From a bacterium (GTDB lineage Bacteria > Bacteroidota > Ignavibacteria > UBA10030): a stretch of DNA of 64,000 nucleotides. This document shows, piece by piece, positions 38,379 through 47,936 of the stretch. The stretch's first letter is position 1; each line of letters starts with the position of its first letter. Under the pieces are notes generated by a model. It did not search any database, was not told the DNA's origin, and worked only from the letters and a program-made list of their open reading frames with translations. The position numbers were made by a program, and so were the translations under genes. The stretch spans positions 1 to 64,000 of the forward strand of contig JAZDJN010000104.1 in assembly GCA_043803945.1 (NCBI GenBank), read 5' to 3'.

Positions 38379-39899
38379 TCAAGCGGATCGCAGAGCTGTA
38401 AGTTTTGAGAATACTCCCGTCCAACGATTCACGATGATGAGCATGGGTGAATAAATCAGGATGAAGACCACTATTTTTAAAAGAGCCAAACCAATGCTGC
38501 TGACAATTGAAATCTGTTCACCCGTTTGAATTCCATGAGTCAATGCGAACAAAAGCAGAATGCTCCAGAAGACCGGTATGCAGTTCTTGCCTATCTCACG
38601 TATCAATTCCACTATGGGAACCTGGAAGACCTTGAAAACCGTGAAAAGTATCAGAAATAATGAAACAACATATGAGAAACAGGCGGCACCGGCTATGCCC
38701 GGCAATCCCGGGAGAAGAAACACCACCAAAGCATAGGCCACCGATGAGAGCACGATGCCGGCGATTTGAGCCTGCAAGTACTGCCGATGTTTTCCGAATG
38801 CCATAAGTGTGTTCAGCGGAAGCGGAATGACTACCAGGAGCAGAGCACCATAGGCGAGAATCTGTAGCACGAAAATCGATGGCAGATAGTACGGGAGCAG
38901 CCATCGAATGAGAACCTCCGACGAAAAAAATAAGCCGACGACCACGATCGGCATCAGGTAGCTTGTTGAGAGTAAGGCTTTCCTGAATGTTGGGAGCATC
39001 GATGAAACGTCTTCTGAATTCCCATATTCCTGGCTGAATCGCGGATAGAGCATCATTGTCAGCGCTATTGTTCCGCTGAGCGGCAATTGTGCAATCAGCG
39101 ACGCAAGGCCATACTGGCCTAAATCACTCTTTCCCAAAACCATGCTAGCCACTACCCGATCGAGGCTGATCAGCAGGATATAAAGTAATCCGCTGATAAA
39201 GAGAGGAGTTCCTATTGATAAAAGCGATCGCACTTGAGACAAGTTTATCTCCGGGCGGTATTGCTTCCTGAATCTCCGTAAAAAATAGACCGTTGTCGCA
39301 AGCGAAGCGACCATGAGAGCGGTAACCAACCCGGACAGTTGGAACAGGAATACCAGGAGACACACTGTAATGGTACGGAGAATTTCAAACGCAGATTCTA
39401 CCTTGCTGGAGAGAACAAAATTTCTTGTGACACGGAGAATCATCAGATAAAAACGGTTTACCTGGTCTGAGACCGTTATGAGCGCTGCAGTCAGCAATGC
39501 AAATTTCATAACTGCATTCTCACTCCCAATGAACAACACATAGAGGCCCATCAGAACGAGGCCAACAAATGAGAGGATCAGTACTCCCGCATAGATGGCA
39601 TTGGCAACCTGTTGGGCCACTGCTGTTTCCTTCCTCCCGGTGAGAAAAGGAATTTGCCGATCACCAGCATGACGAAGCCCAAGATGAATCTGATCCCCGT
39701 AGGTCATAATCAAGCTCACCACAATCCAGTATCCATATTCTTCCGGTCCGAGCACCCTGGCGACAACAAAATTTCGAATGAAGCTCAATCCAAGCAGCAC
39801 ATACCGACTCGATGAAAAGATTAGGCTCTCCCGCAGAAACCGTGGGGCACTTACGGCCAGGTTCTTTCCTGGCGTATTCTGTTCAATCCCTTGCGTCAT
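38379..39899 (-). CDS. Wzx oligosaccharide flippase (start uncertain; ORF open to 40004)
   Basis: VARVLGPEEYG, LDRVV, LGQYGLA, LYPRFS; many TMs. Confidence 0.85.
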   Translation of the reverse strand: MTQGIEQNTPGKNLAVSAPRFLRESLIFSSSRYVLLGLSFIRNFVVARVLGPEEYGYWIVVSLIMTYGDQIHLGLRHAGDRQIPFLTGRKETAVAQQVANAIYAGVLILSFVGLVLMGLYVLFIGSENAVMKFALLTAALITVSDQVNRFYLMILRVTRNFVLSSKVESAFEILRTITVCLLVFLFQLSGLVTALMVASLATTVYFLRRFRKQYRPEINLSQVRSLLSIGTPLFISGLLYILLISLDRVVASMVLGKSDLGQYGLASLIAQLPLSGTIALTMMLYPRFSQEYGNSEDVSSMLPTFRKALLSTSYLMPIVVVGLFFSSEVLIRWLLPYYLPSIFVLQILAYGALLLVVIPLPLNTLMAFGKHRQYLQAQIAGIVLSSVAYALVVFLLPGLPGIAGAACFSYVVSLFLILFTVFKVFQVPIVELIREIGKNCIPVFWSILLLFALTHGIQTGEQISIVSSIGLALLKIVVFILIYSPMLIIVNRWTGVFSKLTALRSA

Positions 39900-39969
39900 C
39901 GTGAGGTACCCAGGTGCCATACCGTTGGGAGAGAACCATGCTCTTCGTCTATGCCGATGTAGCTCTTCA

Positions 39970-41082
39970 TCATCGTTTACATACGTCGGTAAAGAGAGAT
40001 TCATAACGTCCGGAAAGATATTCCCACGTATGATTTACTTCATAGAATTGGAATGCGTGTGCTGCCAGCTTCCGATAGGAATCTGGATCGGTAATGAAGT
40101 GGCGCAATTCCTGCAGCATTGCTTCAGGCGAAGATACCAGGCGGATGACCGAACGATGATCCTTCACATTCCCGACATCCGTGGTGATAAATGCTGTTCG
40201 CGTAGCAAACGACTCATACATCACCAGGGGTGCACATTCGACCTTCGAGCCGAAGAGAAAGAGATCGGCCTGCTGATAGGCAGCAACCACATCTGAGCGC
40301 GGAATCGATGACAAGATTCTTATCTGCGAAGTTGTTGCGCTGATCAATGAGCAAATTGGGCTGCAGCTGTACCAAGAATGTCGAGAAGGGCGTTCACCAA
40401 TAATTACCAGGGTGCAATCCCTGCCTTTCAGTTTGCGAAATGCTTCAAGGACAAACAAGTGCCCCTTATCAAAATAATGATTCGAGACACACAGGAAAAG
40501 GTAGGGTGTGGCGATGCCATAGTTCTTTTTGAAATCAATAAGAGATGCGGAAAATTCTTCTTTCGAGGCACCATTCGGAATAATCACTGCTTTGGAGCCA
40601 AGGCCATGCCTGTCCCCAAACTCTTTATCCTGATATTCGGGAGAAGTGTAAACGATCTTATCGTAATTGCTCAGTATGGATGGCAGCGATTCAAAATATT
40701 GTCGGTAACGCGGGTGATGCAGGCGTGAATAACCAAGAGGTGCGATCACCTTTTTTGCCTTTAGCTTCTCCAGGAGGGGAAACAAAATATCTGTAGTCCA
40801 AACTTGAGCAGCATAGTTGAAGATCACATCGAAGTTGGATTTCAATAAAAATTCCTGATAAAGAGCTGTGTCGCCACGATATCCTTTTACCTGGCTTCCG
40901 GCAATGTGAAAATCAGAGATGTTCACACCATTGAGAACTCGTTCCGTACGATTGGGAAGTGCTGATGTCGCGACAGTGACATCATGTCCCTTTGCAGCGA
41001 GGCGTTCTGCAATCTGCTTGACAACCTCTTGAGCTCCGCCCTTGGAAGGCTCATAGAATTCAACGGTGAGTAGAATTTTCAT
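39970..41082 (-). CDS. GT4 glycosyltransferase
   Basis: MKILL, GGAQ, GHDVTV, IIPNG, ADLFL...ECAPLVMYE (Ex7E), TDVG. Confidence 0.88.
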   Translation of the reverse strand: MKILLTVEFYEPSKGGAQEVVKQIAERLAAKGHDVTVATSALPNRTERVLNGVNISDFHIAGSQVKGYRGDTALYQEFLLKSNFDVIFNYAAQVWTTDILFPLLEKLKAKKVIAPLGYSRLHHPRYRQYFESLPSILSNYDKIVYTSPEYQDKEFGDRHGLGSKAVIIPNGASKEEFSASLIDFKKNYGIATPYLFLCVSNHYFDKGHLFVLEAFRKLKGRDCTLVIIGERPSRHSWYSCSPICSLISATTSQIRILSSIPRSDVVAAYQQADLFLFGSKVECAPLVMYESFATRTAFITTDVGNVKDHRSVIRLVSSPEAMLQELRHFITDPDSYRKLAAHAFQFYEVNHTWEYLSGRYESLFTDVCKR

Positions 41083-41085
41083 CGT

Positions 41086-42186
41086 CTACATCAATCCAAT
41101 CTGTTTGAAAATATCATAAAACCGTTTTTCAAAGGTGTGATCCTTGATCGTCCTCTCATAACCTGCCACCCGTATGGCATTCCGTTCCGTCTCATGGGTT
41201 GTATAATATTCCACCTGCTCGACAAGAGCATCAAGCGAATAAAACACTCCCACCTCTTTTCCGGGTTGATAGTACTCTTCCAAGCCCTCAACATACTGTG
41301 TCAACAGAAAGCCACCGGTGCCAGGAATTTCAAAATTCCGCCCTTTAATTTGAGGGCGGTACGCACCAGTGCTGAATTTCAGGCTTCCCAGGATTTCTGA
41401 ATATGAATTTGGATGAATAGACCCATCTGCTCTTCGCTTAAGAAAAATCTTGGCGAACTGTTTGACCCCGCGGTTCACCGAGGATTCTGAAAAATTGAGA
41501 TTAATTGTACTCGAGGAAAAGATTTCAATCATCCGTTGTTGAGATACTCTCCCCTGCTCCCATCCCTTGCCATAGCAGGTGACCTGTACATTTCGACGGG
41601 TAAGTTCGTTCATCACATGGCGGCGTGTGGGATAGGCTTGTCCCACAAATGTGAGCCTTTGCTCTTCACCTTTTTGCGGAATATAGACCAGATGGTTGCA
41701 AGCCCATTGCGATCGGATTACTGAACGGAGGCCGAGTGCATGGTACCGTTCCACAGCACTCCGGTCGGTCGTCACCACCCAATGAAAGAGCGGGGCATAG
41801 AATCGAGAAAAGTTGTCAAACCTCCAGTGATCATCGCAGAACCAATTGAGCGTGATCGCCGATGAAGAGGAGAGCCGCTTGATCGTCTCCGGTAAGATTT
41901 CATCCGTAAAGAGAATGAAGAATATCAAGTCAGGCTGAAATGCCTGTGCTGTCTCAAGAAGTTGTTGATTCATCCTTGCACGGCCGACACGCCGGAGCAC
42001 CTCATCAAAAGCAAACATCGTCGCCTCAACATCGGGAAGGCGAAGCAATGACTCATAGAAGTTGAGGTATTCAAAACTGTTTCCGCGGCGTGGATCACCA
42101 TAATCGTAGTGCAAACCCACGAAGAGCACACGTACGGGTTTCCTTCTGGGAATTGACTGATTCATGTTCGGAACCAGGTGGGACAC
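41086..42186 (-). CDS. CgeB-like / Glyco_trans_1_2 glycosyltransferase
   Basis: NWFCDDHWRF, TFVGQ, INLNF, QIKGRNFEIPGTGGFLLT, DHT. Confidence 0.82.
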   Translation of the reverse strand: MSHLVPNMNQSIPRRKPVRVLFVGLHYDYGDPRRGNSFEYLNFYESLLRLPDVEATMFAFDEVLRRVGRARMNQQLLETAQAFQPDLIFFILFTDEILPETIKRLSSSSAITLNWFCDDHWRFDNFSRFYAPLFHWVVTTDRSAVERYHALGLRSVIRSQWACNHLVYIPQKGEEQRLTFVGQAYPTRRHVMNELTRRNVQVTCYGKGWEQGRVSQQRMIEIFSSSTINLNFSESSVNRGVKQFAKIFLKRRADGSIHPNSYSEILGSLKFSTGAYRPQIKGRNFEIPGTGGFLLTQYVEGLEEYYQPGKEVGVFYSLDALVEQVEYYTTHETERNAIRVAGYERTIKDHTFEKRFYDIFKQIGLM

Positions 42187-42189
42187 CGG

Positions 42190-43350
42190 TTATCGTCTGC
42201 CTCTCTGGAAGGGGCTAAGCCACCCTTTCAGGAGCGCCTGATATTCATCGGGCCGTTCCCGCTCGATCACCATAATCTTTTCAATAATGAAGACAGTGGC
42301 AATGCTCGTGATGAGAGCGAGGATAAAGAAAATAATGACGATGATTTTTTTCTTCGGCTTAGAGGGCAGCTCGGGATACGATGGCTGGTCCAGGACCAGC
42401 AGTGTTGGCGCATCGCGCTGTTCTTCAATCTTTGCCTGTTCCAGCAGCGGTAGCAACGTTTCGTACAATCGCTGTTGAACGGCGAAATCCCGATAAAGAC
42501 GCAGATAATTGGTACCAATATCTGGAACGTCCTTAAGTTTTTTTTCAAGTTGTAGAAGCTGTAGTTTCGAGAATTCAAATTGAGGATTGGATTTTCCGAG
42601 GGTTTTTTCAAGCATGTCGACTTCAAGTTCTTTTGCTTCCTTTTTGGCATAGAGATCAGCGACAGCCGAAATAGCAGCGGTATTCTGTTCGGTGGCTCCC
42701 ACGAACCCATATTTTTTCTGGAAGCTTTTCATTTGTTCTTCGGCCATTTTAAGATCTTGAACATTTTTCTCTACACGTCGTTCTATAAACTCCCGGTTTC
42801 CGCGTGCCTCCCGCACTGTTAATTCCCGATTCAGTTCATCGAGAACAAAAATAAAATGCGCAGCGATTTTTGGAGCACGGGAAGAGTCCTTATCGAAGAC
42901 TTCAATGCGGAGGGTTCCTTCCTCGCTAACCCGAATGTCCGTATTCAATAATAACTCCTCCATCGCCTGATCGAGGCTTCCATCCTTAGTATCATACACC
43001 TTGGTGAGGTCAAACGCTTTCACGACGTGCCCTAAGAGTGTACGACTTTTAAGGATTGCCAGATAACTGTAGATATCAGGTGATTGGCCGAGGGATCCAA
43101 TGCCGCGCAAAGGATTGAGCTGTTTCATCAACGAAGAAGAAGATAACCCAAGCATCGAAAGAGTGCTCTGGTTCTTCGGAGGCATAATGGTGACGGATGA
43201 AGCATACCATTTCGGTAGTAAAAAACTGACAATGATACTCAGTAGTGTAATAATGACCACAGAGAGAATAATAAACCTTTTCCATCGGCTAAGAATAATA
43301 AAAAACGATAATAGCCCGCTTCCTGTTTGTGTACTACTCCTGGATTCCAT
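42190..43350 (-). CDS. Wzz/GumC-type polysaccharide co-polymerase (no kinase domain)
   Basis: Two TMs flanking a coiled coil; LPKWY, ILKSR, VLDQP..PELPSKPKK. Confidence 0.85.
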   Translation of the reverse strand: MESRSSTQTGSGLLSFFIILSRWKRFIILSVVIITLLSIIVSFLLPKWYASSVTIMPPKNQSTLSMLGLSSSSLMKQLNPLRGIGSLGQSPDIYSYLAILKSRTLLGHVVKAFDLTKVYDTKDGSLDQAMEELLLNTDIRVSEEGTLRIEVFDKDSSRAPKIAAHFIFVLDELNRELTVREARGNREFIERRVEKNVQDLKMAEEQMKSFQKKYGFVGATEQNTAAISAVADLYAKKEAKELEVDMLEKTLGKSNPQFEFSKLQLLQLEKKLKDVPDIGTNYLRLYRDFAVQQRLYETLLPLLEQAKIEEQRDAPTLLVLDQPSYPELPSKPKKKIIVIIFFILALITSIATVFIIEKIMVIERERPDEYQALLKGWLSPFQRGRR

Positions 43351-43380
43351 GGCAGACTTCTTTCTTCGCTATCATAATGG

Positions 43381-45432
43381 TTACTTGACGATTTTCGCTA
43401 GAATAAATGTCGATGCTATTGAAGCTGCGATCGAAATTACATCCCGCACAATTTCAAAATAGTACTTAAAATCCCGTTCGACGATCAATTCTTTCGGCAC
43501 CCAGATCTGATCACCCGGTTCTATGCTGGCATTTTCCGGATCAACCCACTCCAAGCTACCCACTTTGATAACACGGGTGTCACCTTTAATTGCCCACTCA
43601 GAATACCCGCCCGCCTTGGTGATGTAGTACTTCAGGTTCGCACCAGCTAAGAATGGGATATAACCTGGATTGGAAACCTGGCCATGCACAAGCACAGTGT
43701 GTGTATTCGATGGTATGAAGATGATATCATCATCCTCGAGCGTCACATCAAATTGGGCATTGTTTTCAATAAAAAGCTTTTTGAAATCGTTAACGACCGG
43801 ATAGCGGCCTATCTTGTTGGAAAGGTTAAAATATTCGCTATCGGCTATTGATAATTGGCTTGATCGTACTGCCCGAAGAAGCTCCAACTTTGGATCCACG
43901 ATTCCTTTAAGGTCTTGTGCTTTGCGCAAAATTACGATTCCCGGAATCAGCGCGTCCTTCGTAAAGCCTCCACCGACGCGAATGATCTTTGTAAGCGTGG
44001 TCCCATGTCGAGCAATAGGGTACATTCCGGGCGTCTGGATAGACCCCCGCAGATAAATTTTATAATCCCCCTGTTGTGAAGCGAGGGGTTGAACAAAAAT
44101 TCGATCCCCTCTTTTTAGTGTAACCGTCTGCTCTAGCCCACGCTCTATCGCCTCACCATTCACCACGCGTTCCTCCACGATGTTCCCAAGATCATCGAGC
44201 CGAGAAAGAAGAATGTGCGCTTTATCCGCAGACCTCAAGAAACCCTTGGCAATCTTAATAGCATCCAAGAGATCATCACCCTCGACAAACTCATATTTTC
44301 CAGGAGCATTGACCGCTCCAACAATTGAAATACATCCCCAAGTCAGATCCCGCTGGGGGACAAAGATAATATCGCCATCCTTTAGGCAGGGATTGTACTT
44401 TGACTGACTGGTTGCATAATACTTTGGCAGATCGACACGAACGGTATCACCGGATTGATGAATAACAAGGATATTTCGAAGAGAGGTATTGGGCGATAAT
44501 TCCTGATAGGATTGGGTGATCGGAAGATCAATGATTCCTTTTTGCGTTGGATCCGGGTTGACGGCTGTTTCCGAAGGAAGAACAACGCTAGATGGGGTTG
44601 GAAGCAATCGTGACGCTTCATACAGAAGCTTTTCAACTCGATCGATCGGGGCAGCGATGTACTGTCCGGGCCGGAGTACCGCACCATAGACCTTAACCAC
44701 AAATGAGCGAGGTTTCAACAGCGTGAAGGATATCGTACCCACCATATTTTTTGATCGAAGTGTATCGATGATTTTCTTTTTCACCTCAGCAAGCCGCTGA
44801 TGCAACACGCTGATCTCCCCGATCGATGGAATTAGGAGTGTACCTTCAGGAGTGACAGTATAGCTATTGGAAATCTGTAGCGGTCCCCAAATTCCCAGAT
44901 GAAAAAGGTCCGAGGGGCCGACAATGTATTCCTCTGGATCAATCGTGCTCTCCATGGGAGCGAGAGTAATTCTTCCCATAGGATCATTACTCATGGCTGC
45001 AATTACCAAGACTCTTGGGCGAAGAAGCGTCAGGGTCACCTCTCCCATGAGAAACTTCGCTTTCACCTTTTCGACAATCTTCTTCTTCACTTCACTGAGT
45101 TTCGCATCGGCTACTCGGAATTCTCCGACCATGGGAATAATCAACGTTCCTTCGGGTGTCACCGTGAGCGGCCATGAGACCTGTATCGGCCCAACCACAC
45201 TAAGCTGAAAAACATCCATAGGGCCTACAACGTATTGCTCTGGATTAATCGAATGATCGAGCGGGTACTCACGGACCTTATCGGAAATATCGGCCTTTGC
45301 TTCGATACCATAGTTTTTCAACTGGTCAGCGGTGGTTTCGGTTGTTTCCTTTTTTTCTTTTACCTGCGCTCTGCCAATAACGCCTGTCAGCGCTACTAAA
45401 AGACTGATGTAAAGAAAACGTTTGTACCTCAT
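43381..45432 (-). CDS. Polysaccharide export protein (Wza/KpsD-like) with duplicated Poly_export domain and SLBB repeats
   Basis: YVVGPMD and YIVGPSD with VTPEGTL twice; GAVLRPG, GAVNAPG, GSIQTPG, GQVSNPG; PGDQIWVP. Confidence 0.87.
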   Translation of the reverse strand: MRYKRFLYISLLVALTGVIGRAQVKEKKETTETTADQLKNYGIEAKADISDKVREYPLDHSINPEQYVVGPMDVFQLSVVGPIQVSWPLTVTPEGTLIIPMVGEFRVADAKLSEVKKKIVEKVKAKFLMGEVTLTLLRPRVLVIAAMSNDPMGRITLAPMESTIDPEEYIVGPSDLFHLGIWGPLQISNSYTVTPEGTLLIPSIGEISVLHQRLAEVKKKIIDTLRSKNMVGTISFTLLKPRSFVVKVYGAVLRPGQYIAAPIDRVEKLLYEASRLLPTPSSVVLPSETAVNPDPTQKGIIDLPITQSYQELSPNTSLRNILVIHQSGDTVRVDLPKYYATSQSKYNPCLKDGDIIFVPQRDLTWGCISIVGAVNAPGKYEFVEGDDLLDAIKIAKGFLRSADKAHILLSRLDDLGNIVEERVVNGEAIERGLEQTVTLKRGDRIFVQPLASQQGDYKIYLRGSIQTPGMYPIARHGTTLTKIIRVGGGFTKDALIPGIVILRKAQDLKGIVDPKLELLRAVRSSQLSIADSEYFNLSNKIGRYPVVNDFKKLFIENNAQFDVTLEDDDIIFIPSNTHTVLVHGQVSNPGYIPFLAGANLKYYITKAGGYSEWAIKGDTRVIKVGSLEWVDPENASIEPGDQIWVPKELIVERDFKYYFEIVRDVISIAASIASTFILAKIVK

Positions 45433-46538
45433 GATTTAATCTCCAGGTAATGAATAATATGAGAGCGAATTCGTTCAGCCGTTTTCCCGTCCCACAACTC
45501 GGGAACGCGTCCGTGTTTTGGTCGTCCCGCAAACACCTCATAACTCAAGCGAACGATTTTATTACTATCGAGACCGCAGAGTACGTTGGTACCAATTTCA
45601 CATGTGATCGGTCGTTCCGTATTCTCGCGCAGCGTCAGACAGGGAATACCGAGATAAGTAGTCTCCTCTTGAATCCCCCCGGAATCGGTTAACACTAATT
45701 GGGCCTGATCCATTAAATGGAGAAAATCTAAAAAGCCCAGAGGATCGATCAATCGAAGGTTTGGAATAGTATGTATCCTTTTAGAATATCCGAACTGCGC
45801 GAGCATTTTTGTTGTCCGCGGATGAACAGGAAAAATAATCGTACTCTTTAAGGAGAGTTGTTCGAACATCATGAGTATCTTATTCAGTCCATCCCGATCA
45901 TCAACATTGCTGGGACGATGTAATGTTACCAAGGTATAGTTCCGAGGAGAGACACCAAGATCTTGCAAAGCCGTCGAATTTGCCGCTTTTTCCCGGTAAT
46001 GCACCAGCGAGTCGATCATCACATTCCCGACGAGGAATATCTTCTCATCGGCAACTCCCTCATTTCGCAGATTAGTAACACCACTCGGTTCACTGACCAG
46101 CAGAATCTCCGCGATGGCGTCAGTCATCAACCGGTTGATTTCCTCCGGCATGGTACGGTCGAAGCTGCGCAGCCCAGCCTCAACGTGGGCGACAGGAATG
46201 CCCATCTTCACGGCAACCAGGCTGCAGGCTACAGTCGAATTCACATCGCCGACGACGACGACGAGATCTGGCCGTTGTTTCTCTAGAATCTCCTCAAATG
46301 CTATCATGATCTTTGCCGTTTGCTGCGCGTGACTGCCCGAACCAACTCCGAGATAGAAATCAGGATGCGGCAGCTCCAAATCCTCAAAAAACACTTTGGA
46401 CATCGCCTGATCATAATGCTGTCCGGTGTGGACGATCAGGTGGCGAACAGCATCGGCATACTTCTGCATCGCTTTATGCAAGGGTGCAACCTTCATGAAA
46501 TTCGGCCTGGCACCGACCACACTGAGGATAGTCTTCAC
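45429..46538 (-). CDS. wecB: UDP-N-acetylglucosamine 2-epimerase (non-hydrolysing)
   Basis: GARPNFMK, HTGQHYD, GDVNST, HVEAGLRS, TDSGGIQEE, RENTERP. Confidence 0.95.
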   Translation of the reverse strand: MKTILSVVGARPNFMKVAPLHKAMQKYADAVRHLIVHTGQHYDQAMSKVFFEDLELPHPDFYLGVGSGSHAQQTAKIMIAFEEILEKQRPDLVVVVGDVNSTVACSLVAVKMGIPVAHVEAGLRSFDRTMPEEINRLMTDAIAEILLVSEPSGVTNLRNEGVADEKIFLVGNVMIDSLVHYREKAANSTALQDLGVSPRNYTLVTLHRPSNVDDRDGLNKILMMFEQLSLKSTIIFPVHPRTTKMLAQFGYSKRIHTIPNLRLIDPLGFLDFLHLMDQAQLVLTDSGGIQEETTYLGIPCLTLRENTERPITCEIGTNVLCGLDSNKIVRLSYEVFAGRPKHGRVPELWDGKTAERIRSHIIHYLEIKS

Positions 46539-46647
46539 GTTAGATTCTTGTAAGCCTGTTGCTGGTTCATGGTTTAAGTTGAACGTTCCTAGTTGATACT
46601 ACAAATAATTGACACTTCATACGTACTACTCTCTACTTGATAAGCCC

Positions 46648-47664
46648 TCACAATTCTCTCCCTCCATACATCGTCTTGTAGTACTCCTGATATTCACCGC
46701 TTATAATTCTCGACCACCATTCCCGATGATCCTGATACCAGCGGATTGTTTCTTGCATTCCTTGTTCAAACGAATAGCGGGGCGTCCACCCCAGTTCTCG
46801 TTCGATTTTTGTAGAATCGATGGCATAGCGCCTGTCATGACCCGGCCGATCTTTGACATAGGTGATCAGAGAATCCGGTTTACCGAGTGTTTGGAGGATG
46901 ATCTTAACCACTTCGATATTTTTCCGCTCGCTTTTCCCACCGATGTTATAAACTTCCCCAACAATCCCCTTATGAAGCACAGTATCGATCGCCGAGCAAT
47001 GGTCGGAGACATGAATCCAATCGCGAACATTCGCCCCATCGCCATAAACGGGCAGCGATTTGTCGTTCATCGCATTGGCAATCATAAGCGGAATTAGTTT
47101 TTCTGGAAATTGGTATGGGCCATAATTATTCGAACATCGTGTAATGAGAACGGGGAATCCGAATGTATGATGATAGGCCTGCACCAGGTGGTCTGCCGAA
47201 GTCTTGCTGGCTGCATAGGGGCTGTTCGGGTGTACTGGTGTCTCTTCAGTGAATTTACCCTCATCTCCGAGTGAACCATACACCTCATCCGTTGAGATTT
47301 GAACGTACCGCTTGACGCCATACAGTTTTGCTCGTTCCAGCAGAGTGTTCGTCCCCATCACATTCGTCATTACAAACTCCGCCGCACCCATAATACTCCG
47401 GTCGACGTGGGACTCTGCGGCAAAGTTGATAACCGCTTCCACCTGGTGCTGCTTTAAAATTGAATCGATCAACGGGCCATCACAAATATCGCCCCGGACA
47501 AATGTGTACCGGGAATTCGCCTCGGCCACCTTCAAATTTTCCAAATTGCCTGCATAGGTAAGCTTATCAAGGTTGACGATATGGTACCCTGGATACCGCT
47601 CCAGCATATGATAGATGAAGTTGCTGCCGATAAATCCTGCACCCCCTGTAATCAGTATGTTCAT
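46648..47664 (-). CDS. rfbB: dTDP-glucose 4,6-dehydratase
   Basis: TGGAGFIGSNF, DKLTYAGN, AAESHVDRSI, STDEVYG, PYAASK, NNYGPYQFPEKLIP, DRPGHDRRY. Confidence 0.96.
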   Translation of the reverse strand: MNILITGGAGFIGSNFIYHMLERYPGYHIVNLDKLTYAGNLENLKVAEANSRYTFVRGDICDGPLIDSILKQHQVEAVINFAAESHVDRSIMGAAEFVMTNVMGTNTLLERAKLYGVKRYVQISTDEVYGSLGDEGKFTEETPVHPNSPYAASKTSADHLVQAYHHTFGFPVLITRCSNNYGPYQFPEKLIPLMIANAMNDKSLPVYGDGANVRDWIHVSDHCSAIDTVLHKGIVGEVYNIGGKSERKNIEVVKIILQTLGKPDSLITYVKDRPGHDRRYAIDSTKIERELGWTPRYSFEQGMQETIRWYQDHREWWSRIISGEYQEYYKTMYGGREL

Positions 47665-47936
47665 TCGATTACCCTTTGCTTGACCATTAAATGCTTTTTT
47701 GAGATGGAAAATGTCGAAAGCAGGCAAAATTTACGAAACAATGAAGGAAATTCAAAGTTAGATACACTTTCGCTTGTTGAAAATAATTACCTGAAAACTG
47801 ATCTCTTTTCAGAGAAGAATGAGAGAAGCAATGTTAATGCGGTAGCAAAGCGGCTATGAGCGAAGGTCCCAATTGTTATTTGTGACTGTGATAATACTAA
47901 CGATTATTCCCGAAAAAATCAATGGCTTTCTTGAGA

